Counted from the stretch's first letter, positions 49,870 to 60,176 are shown. The stretch: 64,000 nucleotides of DNA from Myxococcales bacterium (GCA_037445065.1 JBBILD010000012.1:32001-96000), one strand, 5' to 3'. Made by a program: numbers and translations. The notes: generated by a model from the letters alone, not told the origin.

Positions 49870-50547
49870 ATGCCCCTCGGAAACCTGGCTCGCCTGCTCG
49901 AGCGCCTCACCGCTTCTCCTCCCAGTAGCGGCTTGGCCAATCGCAAGGCGTTCAACGCGGACCCTACCACTTATGTCAACGGCCTGCAGGCAGCGGAACT
50001 CAAGGCCCTGCTCAGCTTCGAGAAAGCCAACATCGCGCTCGCGGTGCTCGAGCAAATCGCCCGCCCGGATCCGAGCCTGCGCAGCTCTGGAAACGACGTG
50101 CGCGACTTCATCCTTTGGCTCTATGAGTTGTCCCGCTGGGACTTCGATCCTAGCGAGGAGAGCGAGTACGCTTTCGGCTTCACTCCGCCTGCGGCGGGTC
50201 TTCTTGCCGCATATCCGGACCCCGTTTGCGAAATTACCGCGGTGCGCATTGCCAGCCAAGGCAGCGCTGGCCCCCAGGGAACGCAGCTCGACCTCGAGAT
50301 CTACGGGCAAGGGTTTTTGCCGGGGAAAAGCATTGTCACAATCGTGGCAGAAGGAAGTGGAGCAACAGTTTTCCAACAGCGCATCGAGCCTGACGCCGGG
50401 TCCACCTTCCGTGGCGCACGGATTCAGGTGAACAAGATGACGCTGCCACAAGGCACGTACCGCGCTTCGGTCGGGATTGATCTCGGCGACGGCTCTCTGT
50501 TCCCGATCGAACGCCCAGTTGCCAACACCCGTTTCACTGTGTCGTAA
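49870..50547 (+). CDS. Hypothetical protein: LigA/NHLP-like helical N-terminus + IPT/TIG-like C-terminal domain
   Basis: RBS AAAGGAG; LARLLERL..RKAFNADP..AELKALLS; EITAV..LEIYGQGF..GTYR. Confidence 0.7.
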   Translation: MPLGNLARLLERLTASPPSSGLANRKAFNADPTTYVNGLQAAELKALLSFEKANIALAVLEQIARPDPSLRSSGNDVRDFILWLYELSRWDFDPSEESEYAFGFTPPAAGLLAAYPDPVCEITAVRIASQGSAGPQGTQLDLEIYGQGFLPGKSIVTIVAEGSGATVFQQRIEPDAGSTFRGARIQVNKMTLPQGTYRASVGIDLGDGSLFPIERPVANTRFTVS

Positions 50548-50564
50548 GTCGAATCGGCCGCGCC

Positions 50565-51629
50565 TTGCCTTCCGTCCAGGCCCTGCTCGAGGCGGCGCAG
50601 CCGCTCGTCGGGAAGACCTTGTTGCCGCCGGCGGCATGGGCACACGTCTGGAAAGCTGCGGCGGGGGTGCCGTCGTTTGCCGACGGAGTCGGAGTCGAGT
50701 GCCGCCTGGCAGGCGGGAAGGAGCAAGTGGATTTAGGCGTGGCACTGCACGGGCGTGGTCGCGCCCCGCGCTGCTTGCAGGAGCCAACTGTGCGCCAGGC
50801 GCTGGCCGCCTGCGCCGGGCGCGACCCACGCTGGCAACCCATTCGTGCCTTCCTGCACGAGTGGAGCGAAAAGGGTTCGCCGTTGGCTCAGCGCGTGCCG
50901 TACGTGTTCTTGGAGTTCGACTGCGTCGGGCGCCGTACGGACGGTCCGGCCGGTATGTTCGCCGCACTGGACTGGGCGATGACCGAACTCGCCGCAGAAC
51001 CCGCGGGCAACCGCCGCACGGCGGCGCTGTGCGGCGCAGCGATCAGCAGCATTGGCACACGGCTCGGCTGCAGCCTTAGCGATGCTGAGCGCAGTCTCCT
51101 GGAGCATGCAATCGGCACGCTGCCGGCTGGGGGCCTGGTCGCGAATGCTGGCCTCTTTCTGGGGCGAACGCCACGCTCGCTCCGCCTCTCTCTTCTATTG
51201 CCGCGGCGGAGCGTCCGTACCTATTTGCACGGGCTACAATGGCCCGGGTCGGGGGAATGGATCGAGCGGCACCTAGCCAGGTACGCACCGCTCTGCGGTT
51301 TCGCCGAATCCACTGCGCGCGTGCAAACCGATTTCGACCTGCCGGCTCGAGGATGGGGCTCGGTGGGCGTTTCGCTCTACCCCCGCACGAGCACAGGATG
51401 GCCCTTCTTGCTCGCCCTCTTGGTTGCCGACGGCTCCTGCGACCCAGAAAAACTGCTCGAACTTTTTGCCTGGCCTGGTGTCACGCCAGGCAAACGCGAG
51501 CCCAAATCCACGCTTTGCCGCTATTTGAGCCACGTCAAGCTGAGCCTCTCCCCCAGCGGGGCCCTGAGCGCCAAGGCGTACCTGGGCATCGTGCCAACCT
51601 CCCAGTCCGGCGCCGATCCGTGGCGGTAA
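50565..51629 (+). CDS. Hypothetical protein, possibly aromatic prenyltransferase (ABBA)-like fold
   Basis: 354-aa ORF; GVECRL, VFLEFD, LSHVKL..AKAYLG motifs; fold assignment is inference. Confidence 0.65.
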   Translation: MPSVQALLEAAQPLVGKTLLPPAAWAHVWKAAAGVPSFADGVGVECRLAGGKEQVDLGVALHGRGRAPRCLQEPTVRQALAACAGRDPRWQPIRAFLHEWSEKGSPLAQRVPYVFLEFDCVGRRTDGPAGMFAALDWAMTELAAEPAGNRRTAALCGAAISSIGTRLGCSLSDAERSLLEHAIGTLPAGGLVANAGLFLGRTPRSLRLSLLLPRRSVRTYLHGLQWPGSGEWIERHLARYAPLCGFAESTARVQTDFDLPARGWGSVGVSLYPRTSTGWPFLLALLVADGSCDPEKLLELFAWPGVTPGKREPKSTLCRYLSHVKLSLSPSGALSAKAYLGIVPTSQSGADPWR

Positions 51630-53228
51630 CCGCCAGCCTGTACCTAAAGGCACACGCCACGCACCGGGCGTCCAACCCTACCACCGGCGACCACAAACGC
51701 CGCCCGTCAAATCGGGGCTGACCACTGTGGGCCCTCCTCCCGCTTTCGCGCGGAGCTGTGACGTACTGCTGACCTCGCCGCGCGCCAGGTTGCATCCGCG
51801 TAAGTTCCGTCCGCTCCCCGTCGCAGTTGTCGCAAGCGCCTCCCAACGGAAGCCATGGCCACACGGAGTGCGCAGCTAGCGGTTGGCGTCACCCCTTTGG
51901 TCGCTTGCACCATCTCGCCTACCTTGCAGCGTAGGGCCGCGGCTTGTGCCTTCCGCTGCCGAAGCAGGAAAGAATCAGCGCATTGCAGCCCGGGCAACTA
52001 CCCGGAGTCGTCCTTACGACGTGGTCGGCGCGGCCCACAACAGTTCGCCACGCGAGTTGAACCAGCACATCCCGCAGCAAGCCGGTGCGCGGGGAGCCGG
52101 TGCGAATCTGTGGGCATGGACACAGCATCCTCACAGTTCCCCTACCTCAGCAAAGTTCTACGGGGCTCTTGCACCCACTCTCCGCCGACGACTGCATGAA
52201 TCTCCACAGCGCAGCGCGCGAGTACAACGGTTGCCCACAAGGTTCGCGTTCCGCGCAGGGTGGTTCTCGGCCGTTGCCCGCCACCGCTCGGGCAGGCACT
52301 CGAGTACAGCCGAGTCCCCACGCCAACCTGCCTGCGTTGTGGCATGGTCTTCCATTGTCAGGGCAGGCCCGTGCTTGCCATTGACGCGACGGAACCACTA
52401 CTCCACAACCAGCACCACCGGTGCCCACAGGAGTTGTCCCCACACGCAGCGAGCTTCAGCGATCCACCAGATCTCGTAGACGCACGGATAGGGCCGGCCG
52501 CGTGTACTTCGCCTTGTACATTCACGCTGCTGGCGCGCGAAGGACCGGAAGGCTCGCTCCCATGAGATGGGCAGTGGGCGCGTCGCCTGGAGCGAGGTGA
52601 GTGCATCGAAACGGGCTCTGCGCCCTGTTGCAGCGCCTTCACAAGGGCAACACAGGCAAGCGGGAGAGTTACCCCGACATCGCAGCGGGCCGTTGGTGCA
52701 CGTGGACCCGAAAATCCCAGACGCACTGCCGCGTCCGCAAGGCGCATCTGGACGGAACCTGCTGCTCGAGCGCGCGAGACTGCGGCTCGTCGTGGAACAA
52801 CACAATGCGCGGATCGCAGCAACAAGGCGGCTCTACAGGTCGGCACGACCGGATCTGCGGCGGTTGCGTTGCGGGCTTTTGCCGCAGGCCACTTCGCGCG
52901 CGGCTGTTCCCGGCCGGACCAGAGCCCCGGGCCACTCGGCACACGCGCTCGCTGCCTGTGCGACCAACCGGACTCGGTTGGGCCTCCCAAGCTGCCAGTC
53001 GGGCGTGCTCGTAGCCTTCGGTCTGTTGGCAAGGCGGAGGAACTGTGGCGCAAGGCACCTGGTCTGCCCCAGAAAACGCTCGCCGGAGCCATCGCTGGCG
53101 TACAAAACAACCGGGGCGCGAAGCTCCTCGATCTTAAGCCGCTGCTTCCGGTGTGTGACTCAGCGCCAGCACAGAGCCGACCGCGCACACGTTCACGTAC
53201 GCGGCCGCACCGGCAGCACATCCGTGCC

Positions 53229-54779
53229 TCAGATCTTGCGCTCGCGGCCGGCCCAGTAGGGATCGCGGAGCTTGCGCTTGTACAACTTGCCGTTGGGGTC
53301 GCGCGGCATCTGGTCGATGAAGTCTACCGAGCGCGGGCACTTGTAATTGGCCAGCCGCTCGCGGCAAAAGTGGATCAGCTCCTCAGCGAGTGCGGGGCTG
53401 GGCTCGACACCCGGCGCCGGCTCCACCACTGCCTTCACTTCTTCGCCCCAATCTTCGTGCGGGATTCCGAACACCGCCACGTCGGCAACCTTGGGGTGCG
53501 TGAGCAGCACATTCTCCACTTCGGCCGGGTAAATATTAGCCCCGCCGGAAATGATCATGTCAATCTTGCGGTCGCAGAGAAACAAGTACCCTTCTTCGTT
53601 GAGGTATCCGACGTCGCCTACGGTGAAGAAGCCCTCGCGGCGGTTCGCTTCGGTCTTGGCCTTGTCCTTGTGGTACTCGAAGTCGGCCTGGCCGAGTTTC
53701 ATATACACGGTTCCCGGCACACCCGGTGGGCAGTCACGGCCTTCGTCGTCGAGGACGCGGATCTCTGCGCCTGGCCAAGCGCGGCCAACCGTCCCTGGGT
53801 ACTTGAGCCACTCCTCTGGAGTCACGATCGTGCCGCCCCCCTCGCTGGCAGCGTAGTATTCGTAGATCACCGGGCCCCACCACTCGAGCATCCGTCGCTT
53901 CACTTCCACTGGGCAGGGCGCTGCAGCGTGGATCACGTGCCGCCAAGAAGATACGTCGTAGCGGCGCTTCACTTCCTCGGGCAGCGCGAGCAAGCGATGG
54001 AACTGGGTGGGGACCATATGCGTAGTGGTGGTCCGGTACCTCTCCACCACTTGCAGGCAGCCCTCGGGAGTCCACTTGTCCATCAGCACCACCGCGTGGC
54101 CGAAGTGCAAAGACGCGCCGGCAAAAAGCAGCACTGCGGTGTGGTAAAGGGGCGAGCCGGTGAGGTGGACGTTGTCGTTTTCAGGCTGGATCCCGAACAT
54201 GGCCAAGAACCAGCCGTACATGGAGAACACCGTGTCCGGGTCGTAGGGCGATAGGGGCCGGCGCACGCCTTTGGGCCTGCCCGTGGTGCCCGAGGTGTAG
54301 TTCATGACTTGCCCGGCGGTGCGCTCTTCGGGCAGCGAACTCGGCTGCCCAGCCTCCAAGTCGTAAACGGGGCGAAACCCTGCAATGGTGCCGGCCGCAA
54401 AACAGCGCGCCTCGGGTAGCCCCGCCTCGCTGGCAGCGGCCCGGCAACTGGCAGCAAAGCGCTCGCTCGCAATGAACACGCGGGCCTCGGAGTCCTGCAA
54501 GATGTAGGCGATCTCGCTGGCAGTCAGATGCGTATTGATCGGCACCAGGTACCACCCAGCCTGGCCGGCGGCCAAGTACAGGGCGATCATGTCAGCGGTA
54601 TTCGGCAGCACAACTGCCAGGCAATCCCCCTTTTGCATGCCCGCAGCGCGCAACCCGTGCACTAGCCGGTTGGCACGGGCGAGCAGCTCCGCGGCAGTCC
54701 ACCGCGTACCGTCCGGCTCCACAAGTGCGAGCCGTTCGGGGTTGCGTTGCGCCATGCTCCAAAAGCCGTACTCGGACAT
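53229..54779 (-). CDS. Acyl-CoA synthetase (AMP-binding enzyme)
   Basis: YTSGTTGRPKG, EYYAASE, VGDVG, DMIISGGANIYPAE, NGKL. Confidence 0.95.
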   Translation of the reverse strand: MSEYGFWSMAQRNPERLALVEPDGTRWTAAELLARANRLVHGLRAAGMQKGDCLAVVLPNTADMIALYLAAGQAGWYLVPINTHLTASEIAYILQDSEARVFIASERFAASCRAAASEAGLPEARCFAAGTIAGFRPVYDLEAGQPSSLPEERTAGQVMNYTSGTTGRPKGVRRPLSPYDPDTVFSMYGWFLAMFGIQPENDNVHLTGSPLYHTAVLLFAGASLHFGHAVVLMDKWTPEGCLQVVERYRTTTTHMVPTQFHRLLALPEEVKRRYDVSSWRHVIHAAAPCPVEVKRRMLEWWGPVIYEYYAASEGGGTIVTPEEWLKYPGTVGRAWPGAEIRVLDDEGRDCPPGVPGTVYMKLGQADFEYHKDKAKTEANRREGFFTVGDVGYLNEEGYLFLCDRKIDMIISGGANIYPAEVENVLLTHPKVADVAVFGIPHEDWGEEVKAVVEPAPGVEPSPALAEELIHFCRERLANYKCPRSVDFIDQMPRDPNGKLYKRKLRDPYWAGRERKI

Positions 54780-54810
54780 ATCTCGATTCCCTCCAGCTAA
54801 GAAACGTTTG

Positions 54811-55995
54811 TCACGCGGACCGCGGCAGACCCAAGATCCGTTGCGCGATCACGTTACGCTGGATCTCCGAGGTGCCGCCCATGATCGTTTCGGAACGCGC
54901 GTACAAGTACTCGCGCACCATGCGCTCCCACTCCTTCTCCTCTCCCTCCGGGCAAGCATTGGCCCACGCGCCGAGCACCCGCATGGTTACGTCTTGCAAG
55001 CGCTGGTCGGTCTCGCTGCCCATGACTTTCTCGATCGAACTCTCGCTCCCGGGCTGACCGCTGCGGCACAGCCGCGTCATGCTGCGGTACCCGCTAACGC
55101 GCAGCATTTCGACTTCGATGAAGGCTTGCGCCAGCCACTGCCGAATCAGCGGGTCGGCCCCCAGTTTGTGTCTCCGTACAAAAGCGAGGAGCTGATCCAA
55201 ACTGCGCCGAATCTTGCGCTGGAAGGTAAACGTCCACACCGGACCTCGCTCGTGCGCCAAGATCCCCATCGCAATCGCCCAGCCGCTGCCGGGCTGGCCA
55301 ACGAGATTCTCCGCGGGCACGCGCACGTCTTCGAAAAACACCTCGCAAAACTCCGCTTCACCGGTGATCTGGCGCAGAGGCCGCACCGTGATCCCGGGGG
55401 TGTGCATGTCCACCAACAACAGGCTCAAGCCGCGGTGCTTCGGCGCTTCCGGTTCCGTACGGCAAAGGAGGAAACACCAATCGGCGAGGTCGGCGTGGCT
55501 GGTCCACACTTTCTGCCCGCTCACCACGAACTCATCGCCGTGCCGCTCCGCGCGGGTGCGCAGCGACGCCAGGTCCGAACCAGCGCCGGGCTCCGAGAAA
55601 CCTTGGCACCACAGTTCCTCGCCGGACAGCAGTGGCCGGATGAACCGCTTTTGCTGCGCGGGCGTACCATGCTCGAGCAGCGCGGTGCCGATCAGATCTA
55701 CCGCACCACTGCTCGCAATCGGGCGCGGAGCGCCAATGCGATCTAGCTCCTCCTCGAACAGCCAGCGCTGCACAACGCCTGCACCACGCCCGCCTCGCTC
55801 GCGCGGCCAACTAATGGCAGCCCAGCCGCCCTCGAACAACAATCGTTGCCAGGGACGCGCAATTTCCACCCAAGCTGGGTCGTCCGCTCGGGTCCACAAG
55901 CGGTCCCGGCGCCAAGCCTTCGGCAGGTTGGCCTCCAGCCACGAGCGCGCCTCTTCTGCGAACGCGAGATCCTCCACGGAAAACGACAGGTCCAT
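54811..55995 (-). CDS. Acyl-CoA dehydrogenase
   Basis: MDLSFS, WCQGFSEPGAGSDLA, GQKVWTS, TIMGGTSEIQRN. Confidence 0.94.
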   Translation of the reverse strand: MDLSFSVEDLAFAEEARSWLEANLPKAWRRDRLWTRADDPAWVEIARPWQRLLFEGGWAAISWPRERGGRGAGVVQRWLFEEELDRIGAPRPIASSGAVDLIGTALLEHGTPAQQKRFIRPLLSGEELWCQGFSEPGAGSDLASLRTRAERHGDEFVVSGQKVWTSHADLADWCFLLCRTEPEAPKHRGLSLLLVDMHTPGITVRPLRQITGEAEFCEVFFEDVRVPAENLVGQPGSGWAIAMGILAHERGPVWTFTFQRKIRRSLDQLLAFVRRHKLGADPLIRQWLAQAFIEVEMLRVSGYRSMTRLCRSGQPGSESSIEKVMGSETDQRLQDVTMRVLGAWANACPEGEEKEWERMVREYLYARSETIMGGTSEIQRNVIAQRILGLPRSA

Positions 55996-56012
55996 CGGCA
56001 CGCTTTGTGGCC

Positions 56013-56032
56013 TGACAAACAACTGTTTGTCA
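56013..56032. promoter_or_regulatory. Perfect palindromic operator overlapping a minus-strand TTGACA
   Basis: TGACAAACA-AC-TGTTTGTCA, 17 nt upstream of the ACAD ATG. Confidence 0.65.
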
Positions 56033-56298
56033 AGCACGGCAACCTCGGCCGGCCGCTTTCCCAGCACATCACGGGAGCGCCGGCCCGACCAAGTTGGTTC
56101 GGTCGCGCGCGTGTTCTCCCTTGGCATTCGTCCCGACTCACAGTGAGCCAGAGAGCGCGTGCGAACGAGACCGCCTGCGAGAAGAATCGTTCGCCTGTGG
56201 CCGTTCCCTGCGCCAGATCGTGGGCGCTGCTTTCTTGGCACGGCTTTCGATATAGAGCGGCTGCAAACGGCGATCGCTCAAAACAAGGAGGCAAACAC

Positions 56299-57711
56299 AT
56301 GTCCGGCGATGGAGTTGCGGGAATCGTGCTAGCGGCGGGTCTGGGAACGCGGATGCGGTCTCGGCGTCCCAAGGTGTTACACGAGCTTGCTGGCGAACCG
56401 CTGATTACGTACCCACTGCGCTTGTTGCGGGGGGTGGGGGCAGACCCCATCGTGGTGGTCGTCGGGCCCCATGCCAAGGAAATCCGCCAGGTCGCTGAGC
56501 CGTTCGGGGTGCGCTTTGCCGTACAAAGAGAACCCCGCGGCACCGGGGATGCCGCGGCGGCGGGGATGGCCGCCATTCCGAAGTTTTCCGGGAACGTTGT
56601 CATTCTTCCGAGCGATCTGCCCCTCATCAGCGAGGACACGTTGCAGCGCGTCATCCAAGCACACACCCAGCAACGAGCAGGGTTGACGCTCCTCACCAGC
56701 GTGCTGCTCGACCCAACCGGCTTTGGGCGCGTTGTCCGCGATCAGTTCTCGGGTTTGGTGGCCTGCATCGTCGAAGATGCCGACTGCACTCCGCAGGAGC
56801 GCGCCATTCAGGAGGTAAACGTTGGTGTCTACTGCGTGGAAGCGAACTTCCTCAGAACTGCGCTGACCCAACTCGATGCCGCCAACGCCCAGGGGGAATT
56901 TTATTTGACCGACATTGTCGGCCGCGCGCGCGCTGCCGAACTGCATATCGTTCCCATTACCGCCGAGGAAAAAGAGGTTGCTCAGGTGAGCAACCGGGTG
57001 GACCTCGCGCGCTGCGAGCAACTGTTGCGCGAACGCCTGACCACTCGTTGGATGCACCTGGGGGTCACATTCATTGATCCGTCCTCTGTGACCCTAGGGC
57101 CGCTGGTCGAGATCGGGACCGACGTCGTGATTGGTCCGAACGTCACGATTTATGGCCGCACTTCCATCGGTCCCCTCACGACGATCGATGGTACGGCACG
57201 CATCGGCAACTGCCACATCGGTGCGCGCTGTCACCTCAAGCTGGGGGTCGTCCTGGAGGAAGCCGAAGTTGGGGACGACGCCGTGGTCGGCCCCTTCGCT
57301 CAGCTCCGTCCCGGTACGCGTCTCGGAGCGCGGGTGCGGATCGGCAACTTTGTAGAAACCAAGAACGCGGTCCTGGGCTCGGGAGTCAAAGCTAACCACC
57401 TCGCCTACCTGGGCGACGTGGAAGTGGGAGAGGATACCAACATCGGTGCGGGCACCATCACCTGCAACTACGACGGCTTCCGCAAGCACAAGACGATTAT
57501 CGGCGCCCGCGTGCAAGTGGGGAGCGATTCGCAATTCGTTGCTCCGGTGCGCATCGGGGACGACGCGTACATCGCGACTGCAACCACGGTTCGTAAGGAC
57601 GTGTCTGCGGGCGCGCTGGTCTACAACCCAAGGTCCCAACGAGAACGGGCGGGTTGGGTGGCGGCCCGCCGTGCCAAAGAGCAAAGCGGCGGCGAGCACG
57701 GGGGAGACTAG
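56299..57711 (+). CDS. glmU: Bifunctional UDP-GlcNAc pyrophosphorylase / glucosamine-1-P acetyltransferase
   Basis: LAAGLGTRMRS..PKVLH, GEFYLTD, GNFVETK, HLAYLGD, NIGAGTITCNYDG; RBS AAGGAGG. Confidence 0.96.
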   Translation: MSGDGVAGIVLAAGLGTRMRSRRPKVLHELAGEPLITYPLRLLRGVGADPIVVVVGPHAKEIRQVAEPFGVRFAVQREPRGTGDAAAAGMAAIPKFSGNVVILPSDLPLISEDTLQRVIQAHTQQRAGLTLLTSVLLDPTGFGRVVRDQFSGLVACIVEDADCTPQERAIQEVNVGVYCVEANFLRTALTQLDAANAQGEFYLTDIVGRARAAELHIVPITAEEKEVAQVSNRVDLARCEQLLRERLTTRWMHLGVTFIDPSSVTLGPLVEIGTDVVIGPNVTIYGRTSIGPLTTIDGTARIGNCHIGARCHLKLGVVLEEAEVGDDAVVGPFAQLRPGTRLGARVRIGNFVETKNAVLGSGVKANHLAYLGDVEVGEDTNIGAGTITCNYDGFRKHKTIIGARVQVGSDSQFVAPVRIGDDAYIATATTVRKDVSAGALVYNPRSQRERAGWVAARRAKEQSGGEHGGD

Positions 57712-57845
57712 AAGAAGATTCCACTGCTCGCGTCGGCGGTGATGTTCCTCGCGATCCCACAGCCGTGGCGCAAGAGTGTCGGTGCGAAAAAAAGCGAGCT
57801 GGAGGCACGACGGCAAGCTTTTCCTTTTTCACCTCGAAGAACCGA

Positions 57846-58294
57846 GGAACGGTGGTCCTACTAACCGGAGCAACAGGACAACTCGGCAAGGCAACGATCG
57901 AATTTCTGCTGAAGAAAACCTCGGCAAACCGACTTGGAAGCCGAAGCGGCCCGAAAACCGGCAACAGCGCGGCATACAGGTTCGCATCGCCGAGTACAGG
58001 GAGTACGCGCCCCGTCCAGCCGTTCAAAGACGTCGAGAAACTTCTTCTCTTTTCATTCAACGACGTTCTCTACCGCACGTGGCAGCATCCCAACACCGTG
58101 CGCGCCGCACCGAAAGCCGGCGTGAAGCACGTCGCCTATGCAAGCGTTCAAAGGCGATCAAGCGGATCGCCGGGCTTGCCGTTGTCATGGAAGCACACGT
58201 CCGAACCGGACAGTCATTGAGCGAGTCGGGGCCTCCCTACTCCTTCTTCGAGGACGGCTCCTATATGGGCACGGTGCCGGATCTGATCGGGTGA
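57846..58294 (+). pseudogene. Degenerate NmrA/QOR2-like NAD(P)H-binding oxidoreductase fragment
   Basis: LLTGATGQLGKATI, RGIQVRIAEY, FKDVEKLLL, QH.N..AA..AGVKHVAYAS, spread over different frames. Confidence 0.75.
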
Positions 58295-58339
58295 AACGTT
58301 GTGCAAACGGGCACAACCTTTTTCCCTGCCGCCACCGGT

Positions 58340-58845
58340 GAGCTGAAGTTCCTCCTCCGCCACGACATAGACGAAGGGCTAAGGGCTTCGTTGATGCATC
58401 ATGCGGCACCGCGTTCGACAAAGTAGCCGCGGCTACGAGTACAGGCCGTTGACTTTACTCGGAACGAAAATCTCATCCGCGATGGGAGCGGTACAAACGA
58501 CCGTCCAACCATTCTGCCCCGATCCATCGGGCGACCGATGGAAGAGCACTGGCGCAGGATGAAGCCCGTGCATCAGAAAGATTTTGCTGACGGCTTGGGG
58601 CGTGTCCCACTGGCCGATGCGGGATCGAGCAAGTATCCGAATGCCTCTCGTGAGTGCCCCTGCTCGCCGGTCCTTCCGCAAGAAAACCGGTGGAAGGAAC
58701 GAAACAACAGGAGGGCGGCGACCGCAGCAAGCGGATGAACCGGTCCTGAAAAATGCGTTCGAGCAGACAGTGAACGCAGGCCGGGACTTACCGAGCGCTC
58801 GACGCGTCACACGCTGAGGCACTCGGCCGCGACGCACTGGATTTA
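58340..58845 (+). pseudogene. intI: Degenerate integron integrase (tyrosine recombinase)
   Basis: Translated fragments ASLM.., RLRVQAVDFTRNENLIRDGSGTNDRPTILP, HQKDFADGLGRVPLAD..KYPNASRE..PQENRW (IntI-specific insert), AGLTERSTRHTLRHSAATH; stops and frameshifts. Confidence 0.8.
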
Positions 58846-58862
58846 CGGACACTCGCAGATGA

Positions 58863-59400
58863 GGTCTTTGGTGCCATCGACAAGGACACGGTATTTCAGG
58901 AAGCGCTGAACCTTCTCTTCACGCTCCTGGTGCTCTTACGTTCGGGCTAGCACTGGCACAGTCCGCAACCACCCTGGCCTTTGTCGAGTACGCGCGAGGC
59001 CTCGCTGTCCCCGCGCTTCCCATTGTCGCAGTCGGGCATCTTCTCAGCGACGGGGTCACCACGTACGTATACATCGAACGCGGCATTGGCCGCTCCGCGA
59101 CTCTGGTAGGAGAGAGATTGGTAGGGTTTCTCGAGTTGGCGGGGTTCGTTCGCCTTTCCTGGGACGCCGTCTTTATCTCCGTCATTACCGCCAGCCCTCT
59201 CCTCTTCGTGGGCGTCCTTCTCAGGGGAGGTGCAGTGGTCCCTTTACTCAGCTCGTGCCACCCACCGTTCGGATCGAATGCGTTCCTGCGGCCGGCCTTT
59301 CTGGTTGCTCTGCTGTCGCCGTGCTGATCTTCTTCCCGAGCTACTGGGTCCCAAAGTTCCTGGATCTTTGGGCCTCGATGGCCACTGACCATGGGCCATG
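58863..59400 (+). pseudogene. Remnant of a membrane-protein gene, probable decayed cassette
   Basis: Long open hydrophobic frame 58863-59327 with no start codon at its 5' end, ending shortly before an attC. Confidence 0.4.
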
Positions 59401-59427
59401 CCGACTGGCCAGGCCCATGGTGCAGGT

Positions 59428-59482
59428 GTGCAACAAGACGCTGCAGCCGACACCTCTGCGCGGCTGACCACCGGCGTTAGAT
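59428..59482 (+). mobile_element. Integron attC recombination site 1
   Basis: GTGCAAC (R'') - TGCAGCCG (L'', one extra G) - CGGCTGA (L') - GTTAGAT (R'), 55 bp. Confidence 0.8.
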
Positions 59483-59513
59483 CCGCGAAGCAACGCCAGA
59501 CAGAGGGTAATAC

Positions 59514-60110
59514 GATGCCGCGAAGCTGCTAGCTGTTGCTGCTGCCGCCCCGCACCGGCCCGATGGCAGGCTGTTCCCATAAACCGGACGGTTCCGCCTA
59601 CTTCTGGGCCTCATCAGGATCACGTCAGAGTTATGACGTGAAGGTGCTCATTTCTTTGGTGGAAGTTGTCGAGGGAACTAAGATCGTGCGCGAGGATGGC
59701 ACAGCGAACATCAACGGTAACACCTGTCATAAGATCCTCGCTACCATCGATGAAATTCCGGGTGCTAGCTCCCATTTGTCCTATCTACGTCTCGCAGCAG
59801 ATGGTATTTACTCGTGCCAGTCCACCGACCCGAAGGCGCCCGAGAGCTTGGAGCTCCCTCAGCCCCTGAGGTCGGCCGGAAATGGACATTCGTGCAGGGC
59901 GCCCTGACGATCGAGATGGAGATCTCTGCGAGCGAAGACTGCGACAGTGCCGAGCAGACCTACAGGCGATGCATTACGGCTAATGGGAGCGGAACGACGG
60001 GCCCGCACCCAATCAAGGCCGTTTTCTACTACGCACCGAAGACTGGTCTGGTAAAGATGAACATGGAAGAAGGCCGCTTTCTCACGGATTTGAAACTCCG
60101 GATCGAGTAG
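59514..60110 (+). pseudogene. Integron cassette ORF (putative exported/lipoprotein-like beta-rich protein), disrupted
   Basis: ATG about 30 nt after attC1, early TAG, MAGC-like lipobox, frameshift near 59865 joining LELPQPL to EVGRKW..YYAPKTGLVK; stop 6 nt before attC2. Confidence 0.65.
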
Positions 60111-60116
60111 CCACGC

Positions 60117-60176
60117 ATCTAACAACCGCTTGCAGGGGCCGGCGCTGCGCGCCGGCTTTCAAGCCGCCCGCTATGG
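60117..60176 (+). mobile_element. Integron attC recombination site 2 (R' degenerate)
   Basis: ATCTAAC (R'', exact complement of the upstream GTTAGAT); hairpin TTGCAGGGGCCGGCGC/GCGCCGGCTTTCAA; R' reads GCTATGG. Confidence 0.72.

Noticed and set aside
58938..58948. GTTCGGG as attI or a cassette R' site
   Set aside because: It is not complementary to the R'' of attC1 (GTGCAAC), there is no supporting structure, and it lies inside an open hydrophobic frame.
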